From Sporopachydermia quercuum (lineage: Eukaryota): DNA of 64,000 nucleotides. The stretch is from the NCBI GenBank assembly GCA_001599295.1, contig BCGN01000006.1:992001-1056000 (forward strand), read 5' to 3'. Below, piece by piece: positions 56,769 to 64,000 of this stretch. Below the pieces are notes generated by a model that searched no databases, was not told the origin of the DNA, and saw only the letters and a list, made by a program, of their open reading frames with translations. Position numbers and translations under genes: made by a program. Within the stretch, counting starts at the first letter, position 1, and each line of letters opens with the position of its first letter.

Positions 56769-56834
56769 ACGCGTTAAAACACAGTAATTTTTAATTTGTC
56801 AATAAGGATATATTGCCTTATGATGATGACGCGT
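56769..56834. promoter_or_regulatory. Two MCB elements (ACGCGT) upstream of the HMG-box gene
   Basis: ACGCGT at 56769 and 56829, 140-210 bp upstream of the ATG at 56627. Confidence 0.6.
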
Positions 56835-57835
56835 TCTCAGTATCAAGTGTTCTCTTTTATATGTTTATTCCCTGTTGCCATCAGGAAGAAACATGTGTGA
56901 ATGAATTGCGTTATGAAAGTAAACAAACAATGGTGAGGAGATGATTGTGGTTCTTTGAGAACTCTAATTTGGATCCTAATTAAAATAGCGGAGATTATAC
57001 AAAATAAGGTTTGGAAGGTTTGAACTTTGTTTCAATTTAGGAAATTATTCTGTGGGATGGCGAGAGAATAGTCGGTGTAAGAAGTTCTATCTGGTTTAAT
57101 TGCAGATTATAAATGGGACCGTCAGTATACTGAATACTCATAATGCTGTAGGAAATGAAGTAAAACTTAGTTAAAAGTAGTGAGGATCTTATGCATATTT
57201 TAGAATATATGTTGTATGGATAGATCAGGCTTAAGTAAAGCAAGGGGTAATAAGACATATTTCGGAAATGATAATACCAGTTTAAGAAACAATATGTGAT
57301 ATACGTTGGAGATTTGTTTCAGAATGAAAGATGATTACCAAATACAGTAATACCTCTAAATATTCTCCAAAAAAAATCTGAAACTATTTTCTTCTTTTGT
57401 AAATCACGTGACATTATTTTCATTTATCCCAATTGATTTGATGAAGAAATCAATCAAAAGCCATTCAAATGACCAGTAAATCATTTCTTTAATAGAGGCA
57501 ATTATTCATTACAGCCAGCTTACTTATTCCTAGTGATTAGAGGAAATTTTGCCATCAAAAAACCTATTATGGTGATCATTACGTATATTATATTAAAGCC
57601 TAGGCCAGAATCTGCCTTATTATCATACTCAACATCAGTGGTGATTCAATCATCAAGCAAATTACATATAGAATTAAAAATTTAACATTTTTCACCAATA
57701 CCTTGAATCCTACAATTAATGCCTTCTTATAGCTTTTCAATACAATATCAAACCATCCATTGAAATCTATAAATACCTTTTAAAACATCGTACAATAAAC
57801 GCATCAACTACATCACATTTTGTACTCTCTTATCA

Positions 57836-60800
57836 TCAATCAGAATCTTCTTCAGAATCATCAGAATCAGCTTTAGAAGCATCAGAAGCATCAGAATCCT
57901 CTGCAGCCTTCTTAGCTTCTTTAGCTCTAATTTTCTCTTGAACATATTCAGTAGCTTTTGTCTTAACATAATCGGCTGCTTTCTCATCACCAATTTTCTC
58001 ATCAAATTTTAACCATTTCTTGAAAAAGAACTTAGCTTGCTTCAGAGTGAGCCTTGGCACGTCAACAATCCTTTCAAAAAGCCTTTCAACAACTTGCTTA
58101 TCAGATTTATTCTTTTCGGTGTTTCTGTTGAAATACTTGATCTCATAATCAGAGTACACATTCCAGAGATCGATCTTCTTAGGATATGAAGAAATAAGAC
58201 CTTCAAACAACGTTCTGCCTCTTTCCGCATCTCCTTTGTTAAATTCCAATTGAGCAAACTTACTAACCATTAATGAGTGTTCTCTCTTTGGTAGATATGT
58301 TAACGATTTGGATAGTAATTCCCTAGCTTTGCCTTCATCTCTCATATTATCGAAATAAAACACTGCAAAGCTGTACCATACGCGGGAGACGCTTTCGGCT
58401 TGTTTTCCGAACTTCTTGACCATTTTCAAGTAAACTTCTTCAGCTTTTTCATATTTTTCGCTCTGAATGAGAATAACTGCCAGTTTTTCATGAATGACTA
58501 ATGGTTCCATATACTGGCAAGCTCGTTTGAATGCATCGTCTAATGTTTCTTCAGTGCCAAAAGTATTCTCCAAATTAAGCAACGCAATCCAAATATTCAA
58601 TTTCTCTTCTTCTTCTCGATAATTGATGCTTTTCAATGCTCGTTCTGCTATTTCCCGGGCTTTTTCAACCTCACTGAGTTGTAACTGGAAAGCCATATAG
58701 TTCATCCATAACACGGATGAGTTGCCATTAGCAATAAGAAGCCTTTCGAAATCAGGAATAGAAGTTGGCTGTTTGGTATTCAAATCGCCAGTTACATCTT
58801 CAATGATTTGGTTTTGGTTTTTCTTTTGTTTCCTGTTCTTCTTCTTTCTGAGCTTTTCTCCGTCGTCACTATCATTTTCACTATCATCAGAAGATGATTC
58901 ATTATTATAGGCTGCTTGGTCCAAAATACTGGCCGTCCAGTCGAAACCTGTGCTTAGACCGTTTGTAGTGTTTGTTTGTTCCTCTGTTTCTGAGCCTGAA
59001 GCTTCCGACTCACTATAATTGTCGGCATCCTCGTCGGTGTTATTTGCGGCTTCGTCAACATCCATTTCTTCTTCCGAGCTGTTTTCTTCGCCTTCTCGAT
59101 CAGCCATTTCTTCATCAACGACCCCCGCCTCCTCTTCATCCTCTTCCTCCTCTTCCTCTTCTGCTCTATCAATAAAATAAGAAGCCTTTAAACCCAAAGA
59201 GATTCTCTTCTTTTCCACATCCGCTTCCAATACTTTGGCCTTAACGACATCGCCTTGAGTGAACAATCCTTTCAAATTCAATTGAGTTCCATCGTTGCTA
59301 TCAGCTATTTCACTCTTATGACATAATCCGACAAGCTTCTCACTGCCTGTGATATTGATAAAAACACCATAGTCTTCTATTCTTCTCACAACACCATCAA
59401 TGATTTCTCCTTGCTTTAAATCATCTATAGTCTTCAGTAAACCTGCGTCTTTGCTGCCATCAACAACAGATCTCTTCAAGCTTAATTCAACTCTGTTGCT
59501 GGTCTCATCAACAGAAATAATCTTTCCCTCTACCAATTGATGAGGCTTGAACATTTTCTTCCAGTCCTTGATAAACTCATCGAAAAGATTGGAGATTTTC
59601 ACCATGGCGATCACTGATTGGCCTAATGATATGAACAAACCTTTGTCTGCAATGTTCTTAACAAAACCTCGAATTTTTTCGCCTTTCTGCACATCGGAGG
59701 CAGTTAAAACTTGTTTATCGGTTTCTTCCGATCCGTCAGCTTCACGAATAGACACGAATACTTTCTTATTATGAACATCAATCTTTAAAACGTTAGCAGG
59801 CACTATTTGGCCCTGCTCATAAACAGCTGAAAGTGTATTTGAATAGTCCTTCAAGGCATCAGTGATAAAAGCACTAGCAGTGACTTTATTACTAAGAGCA
59901 ACAACGACATTGCTATCAAATACTTTGATAACAGTAGCAGGATAGCTTTTCCCAAGCTTAAGATCTTCTATGCTGTTAGGAGTATCGTTTCTGCTTGAAA
60001 GCTTCACAAGATTATGGTCTGACTCTACTTCTAATACAGTACATTCTATGGCACTTCCAACCGGATAGTTTTTGTCCAATTCAGCGATTTCTTCCACATT
60101 AGACACTAAATCTAAAGGATTGATCAACCCTTTAACTGTAGGGGAAATACTGCACCAGAAAATTCCATTGGAATAGTTGTTGATATAAGCTATCCATTTG
60201 CTTCCTGGTTTAGTGTTTGACAGGTTCAAAGACACGTATTCAGAGCCCTTTTCATTAGCTTCTATATCCGACTTTTTAGCCGATAATTCAAAAATAATAG
60301 CCTTGTTAGCTTTTCTATGGGAAATTGGTAGGAATCGATGGTTTCGGACATCGTGGTAACCTATGATTCTTACAGACAGAACGTCACCTTTGCTGAACTG
60401 TTTTAAAGGACGTTTCTTGTCATTGATTTCATCCCAGGAGTCATAAACCTGGGAAATGTCGATTCTGCCTTGTTGATTATCAGCTAAATCAACATTGATT
60501 TGCGTGCTTTTAACCGAGGTGATTCTAGCTTTGGTGACAATACCCACTTGATAATCAGTTAGAGAAACGATTGAACCATCAACAGGATTTTCTGCTACTG
60601 CTGTTCCTGGTGCATCTGATGAGACTAACTTGTCATTGCTATCAACAGGTTTTATCTTTAATGACAGCAGAAACTTCTTTTCTAAAAGGTCCTTGTTGAT
60701 CACACGACATGCAACGGATTGATTGAGCTTATAATTAGCCAATGGAATAGGTAAAGTGCTAGGAGGAGCCAAACCTGATAATCTACCAGAGAAATTGATA

Positions 60801-63337
60801 AATAAACCTTTGTCAGTGATGTTTCTAACAAACCCGTGAAGGAAAACTGTTTCTGCAAGCTCAGCAACATCGTCAAAGCTATTAGGTAGTAATCCTTCTT
60901 TAGCAGCTTGAACTAAAGACTTTTTTCTAGATAACGTGACCCTTCTTGACTTATTATCCTTAGTAAGAACAACTAAATCGTCTAGAACTTCGCCAGCCTT
61001 CAGTTTTCTTTCTAAGCCTTTATTCTGTTCGAATGATTTTTTATCAGACAAATGGGCAATAGGAATAATCCCAGTTATATTTGAATCAACGATTTGAACA
61101 ACAACATCCTCTGGCGATTTCTCAACTATCTTAGCTGACACTATTGATTTCCCAGGGATCAATTGCTTGAATTGTTCAGTTTGTTGATCGGAAATTAGCT
61201 CAGAAGCTTTGCAACTAACGTAGATGTTCTTTCTGTCGGGTATTTGCTCATTGTCATCGATTTTCAACACTCTCACCATGACAGTCTGGCCTAATTTGAA
61301 ATGTTCCTTTGGATCTTTGATGAAGGCTTCTGAAATTTCACCAATGGGCAAAAAAGCTCTGATACCACCAAAGAAGGAAACAACTACACCACTAGGCTTG
61401 AAACTAGTGATCATAGCTGGCGTCTTCATGCCAGGAACAACGTCATCCAAAGAGCCAATAACAGGCTCTTGGGCACCTACCAAGGACTTCTTGAATGTTA
61501 TGATGATTCTCTTGGTAGACTTATTGACGTAGAGAACTCTGCCTTTATATTTTCCACCTACTTTGAACTTCCTTTCAGGATAAACAAGCCTGACATCGGA
61601 TAAATGATCGTTTGGCACATATCCAGTGAATTCATTGAATACTTTCACTAAGATTCCTTTGTTGTTAGGTAAGATTTTGGTGATTTCGCAGTTGGAGATG
61701 GTTTCACCGGGTGGAACATCAACAGGCTGTAGATATTTCTTATCAATAACAGATTTCTCCATAGATAAATTGAATACATTATCAACATAGGAAAATCCTA
61801 AAACACGAGCTTTAGTATGCACAGAACCTATTTTGAAATCACCAAGTTCAGGGTTCACTATATCAACTCGAGAATCAGATAACCTAGAGACATGAACATA
61901 ACCTTTGAACTTCTTAGAGCCAATATCTACCATAATACCAAAGAAAGGAGAAACAGAAGTAACTTTGACGTTTTCAAACGTATAGCCAACGGGGAATTCT
62001 TCAATGGGAGAACTTTCTGAGCTTATAGAGCCTTCGGAAGGTGAACTTTTGCTCTTGTTGGTTTTCTCTATAAGTGTGAGGTTAACCACATGAGGTAGAA
62101 TAGATAAACCGTACTTTGGTTCATCGATCTTAGAGGATTTCAAGAAAGTACATAGAATTCTAGCTTTTATCTTATCTCCAATTGAGTATTTCTGCTGTAA
62201 ATCCTGTTCACTGAAAGTCCCACATTGGAATAAATCAACGGTGCCATCAATGAGACCAAAGACTTTGGTCACCAAACCAGAAGGAAGAACGTCGGTGACC
62301 AGAGCTTCCACAGCTAAACCAGGGATAATAGACTCGACATTGGAGATTCTGGTAACACTTGGAAGCTTTTTCCCTGGCTGAGAGTTCAATGTTAACGTGA
62401 CAGTTCTACCATTTGATGATTTGGATGCAATAGTAGTAAGGAAAACTTGGCCAGGAATTAAAGAAGAAAAAAGATCGGGAGAAAATGCATTGAGTTCTTT
62501 CTTGGAAATAAACCCACTGATAGGTGTACCTGAATTCTTGCCAATGTTGAAAATAGCTCCATGGTCTTCAATGGAACTAACTGATGCTTGGACACAGGCG
62601 CCTGGGACTATATCTTCTGTATCGATTTGAACGTTTACTAGCTCAGGGTTCATAGATAATCTGATATTATGCTTAGCTTTATGCTGTGATTGGGATTCTT
62701 CATCTTTAAGAACAGTGACTCTTAACCATTGGCCAATAGTGAATATTTTCTTTAAATTGGGTAAAGATTTTTCTGTTTTCGCGTCATTATTTTTCTCTGC
62801 CTCATTATCACTATCTTCTTCATCCTCATCCTCTTCATCGTCATCAGCATCATTGATCTCATCTATTAATTTACTAATTTCCGGAGATATATTAACCAAA
62901 GACACTGTTCCAGTTAAATTATTGGGTAATGAGACAGTTAAATCTAATCTACCGATTTCTGAGATTTGGCCTAATAATAGAGAACCAGGAATAAGATTCC
63001 TCCTGTTCACACTTTCGATTTTCAATGCATCTTTATCGTTCTTTTCCTCTACAGTTTCTGAACTGGTTTTCTTGCCTTTGGACTTTACTTTCTTTGCCTT
63101 CTTCTGCTTTGGTTGACTGGCACTTTCATCAGTTCTTCCTACGTCGAACAGAGCATCCTTGGTTGCTTCAATGGTTGCTTCTTTAACTTCTAATGGAGTT
63201 AAAACAGACGCTCCACCTCTTGGGAAATCAATTTCACTTGGGGTGATAAGAGAAGGCCTTGGTTGGTTTGAAGAAGGAGCAGAAGAAGATCCAAATTCAT
63301 TCGAACCTTCTGTTCTTTTCCTCTTGATCTGGCTCAT
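57836..63337 (-). CDS. RRP5: rRNA biogenesis protein Rrp5 (S1 repeats plus HAT/TPR)
   Basis: DFPRGGASVLTPLE, multiple S1 domains, and SSVLWMNYMAFQLQLSEVEKAREIAERAL..INYREEEEKLNIW. Confidence 0.97.
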   Translation of the reverse strand: MSQIKRKRTEGSNEFGSSSAPSSNQPRPSLITPSEIDFPRGGASVLTPLEVKEATIEATKDALFDVGRTDESASQPKQKKAKKVKSKGKKTSSETVEEKNDKDALKIESVNRRNLIPGSLLLGQISEIGRLDLTVSLPNNLTGTVSLVNISPEISKLIDEINDADDDEEDEDEEDSDNEAEKNNDAKTEKSLPNLKKIFTIGQWLRVTVLKDEESQSQHKAKHNIRLSMNPELVNVQIDTEDIVPGACVQASVSSIEDHGAIFNIGKNSGTPISGFISKKELNAFSPDLFSSLIPGQVFLTTIASKSSNGRTVTLTLNSQPGKKLPSVTRISNVESIIPGLAVEALVTDVLPSGLVTKVFGLIDGTVDLFQCGTFSEQDLQQKYSIGDKIKARILCTFLKSSKIDEPKYGLSILPHVVNLTLIEKTNKSKSSPSEGSISSESSPIEEFPVGYTFENVKVTSVSPFFGIMVDIGSKKFKGYVHVSRLSDSRVDIVNPELGDFKIGSVHTKARVLGFSYVDNVFNLSMEKSVIDKKYLQPVDVPPGETISNCEITKILPNNKGILVKVFNEFTGYVPNDHLSDVRLVYPERKFKVGGKYKGRVLYVNKSTKRIIITFKKSLVGAQEPVIGSLDDVVPGMKTPAMITSFKPSGVVVSFFGGIRAFLPIGEISEAFIKDPKEHFKLGQTVMVRVLKIDDNEQIPDRKNIYVSCKASELISDQQTEQFKQLIPGKSIVSAKIVEKSPEDVVVQIVDSNITGIIPIAHLSDKKSFEQNKGLERKLKAGEVLDDLVVLTKDNKSRRVTLSRKKSLVQAAKEGLLPNSFDDVAELAETVFLHGFVRNITDKGLFINFSGRLSGLAPPSTLPIPLANYKLNQSVACRVINKDLLEKKFLLSLKIKPVDSNDKLVSSDAPGTAVAENPVDGSIVSLTDYQVGIVTKARITSVKSTQINVDLADNQQGRIDISQVYDSWDEINDKKRPLKQFSKGDVLSVRIIGYHDVRNHRFLPISHRKANKAIIFELSAKKSDIEANEKGSEYVSLNLSNTKPGSKWIAYINNYSNGIFWCSISPTVKGLINPLDLVSNVEEIAELDKNYPVGSAIECTVLEVESDHNLVKLSSRNDTPNSIEDLKLGKSYPATVIKVFDSNVVVALSNKVTASAFITDALKDYSNTLSAVYEQGQIVPANVLKIDVHNKKVFVSIREADGSEETDKQVLTASDVQKGEKIRGFVKNIADKGLFISLGQSVIAMVKISNLFDEFIKDWKKMFKPHQLVEGKIISVDETSNRVELSLKRSVVDGSKDAGLLKTIDDLKQGEIIDGVVRRIEDYGVFINITGSEKLVGLCHKSEIADSNDGTQLNLKGLFTQGDVVKAKVLEADVEKKRISLGLKASYFIDRAEEEEEEEDEEEAGVVDEEMADREGEENSSEEEMDVDEAANNTDEDADNYSESEASGSETEEQTNTTNGLSTGFDWTASILDQAAYNNESSSDDSENDSDDGEKLRKKKNRKQKKNQNQIIEDVTGDLNTKQPTSIPDFERLLIANGNSSVLWMNYMAFQLQLSEVEKAREIAERALKSINYREEEEKLNIWIALLNLENTFGTEETLDDAFKRACQYMEPLVIHEKLAVILIQSEKYEKAEEVYLKMVKKFGKQAESVSRVWYSFAVFYFDNMRDEGKARELLSKSLTYLPKREHSLMVSKFAQLEFNKGDAERGRTLFEGLISSYPKKIDLWNVYSDYEIKYFNRNTEKNKSDKQVVERLFERIVDVPRLTLKQAKFFFKKWLKFDEKIGDEKAADYVKTKATEYVQEKIRAKEAKKAAEDSDASDASKADSDDSEEDSD

Positions 63338-63567
63338 CTTCTTCTTTGGGTACTACTTCTATAGTATCAAGCAATCACTGGATAATTGTATAGGCTCCAG
63401 CTAATAGTTGATGCTAGTATACCGAATTTCTTCTACTACCAGGTTATTTATAATGATTAGATGCTTTAAAACTAGCTAATACATAAGTTCTAGTAGTCCA
63501 TGATACAATTATAAGGATAATAGTTATAATAAGTATTCCCATACAAATAATTTTTTTTATTCTAAGT

Positions 63568-63578
63568 AAATTTTTTCA
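63568..63578 (-). promoter_or_regulatory. RRPE motif (TGAAAAAATTT) in the RRP5 promoter
   Basis: AAATTTTTTCA on the + strand, about 230 bp upstream of a ribosome biogenesis gene. Confidence 0.65.
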
Positions 63579-63738
63579 CTGTTACCCTCCTTAGAACTAA
63601 GTTTTACATGGAGGGATTAAAATGCATATATAAGTAAGTTGCGCACAGTTATGCATAATGTTGCAGGAGATAAGAGAATCAAAAATAATTGATTGATTGA
63701 TTGATTGGCTGGTTCAAGTCTTATAATTGAAACAATGA

Positions 63739-64000
63739 TTAAATCTTAGGAGAAGTTCTCAAAAAATGTGTAGGACATTCATAGCCACCTGGATTGAATT
63801 TAAGATAATCTTGGTGGTAATTCTCCGCGTCGTAGAAGTTGTATAGTGGTTCAATTTCTGTGACTATACGATGATTGGGGTAATACTCCTTCTGAATTCT
63901 TTGTTGAACCGATTCATAAACTGGAAGATCTCGTTCTTTATCTTCCTCTAAATAGTATAAAGCTGATTTATAATTAGTTCCAACGTCTGGGCCTTGTCGG
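63739..64000 (-). CDS. MXR1: Peptide methionine-S-sulfoxide reductase MsrA, C-terminal part (5' end outside the window)
   Basis: Manual translation RQGPDVGTNYKSALYY...IVTEIEPLYNFYDAENYHQDYLKFNPGGYECPTHFLRTSPKI*; absent from the ORF track. Confidence 0.93.
   Translation of the reverse strand, partial: RQGPDVGTNYKSALYYLEEDKERDLPVYESVQQRIQKEYYPNHRIVTEIEPLYNFYDAENYHQDYLKFNPGGYECPTHFLRTSPKI

Noticed and set aside
5764..63116. Many 60-180 aa antisense or overlapping ORFs in the track
   Set aside because: They are shadows of real genes or low-complexity DNA, with no recognisable motifs.

Overview
Eukaryotic DNA from a budding yeast (Saccharomycotina), not a prokaryote. It has spliceosomal introns, a complex I subunit (so probably outside Saccharomycetaceae), CUG read as Leu at conserved sites, and scattered single N bases that look like heterozygous sites. 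There are about 19 protein genes: PTR3, EDC3, VAC8, ZAP1, GLO1, MXR2, EMI1, VHC1, MAG1, NDUFA12/N7BM, DYS1, a cytochrome P450, APE1, DUR1,2, UBP16, IRC21, a small mitochondrial HMG-box gene, RRP5 and a partial MXR1. There is also one tRNA-Ser(UGA). I rebuilt several genes by hand because introns break them in the ORF track, and the HMG-box gene and MXR1 are absent from it. The most notable observations are: (1) a 108-aa single-HMG-box protein with a mitochondrial presequence and two MCB elements upstream; (2) a probable ~1.5-kb 5'-UTR intron in DUR1,2, which would explain its distant GATA cluster, with the CDS standing out as GC/CpG-rich; (3) two perfect zinc-responsive elements in the divergent ZAP1-GLO1 promoter, next to two Zn enzymes that both have dual start codons; (4) a 16-nt micro-exon with tandem in-frame acceptors; (5) a stop-free 75-nt in-frame intron in EMI1; (6) a P450 with a non-canonical I-helix. 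I recognised no transposon or CRISPR array. All calls come from reading the sequence by eye, with no database searches.
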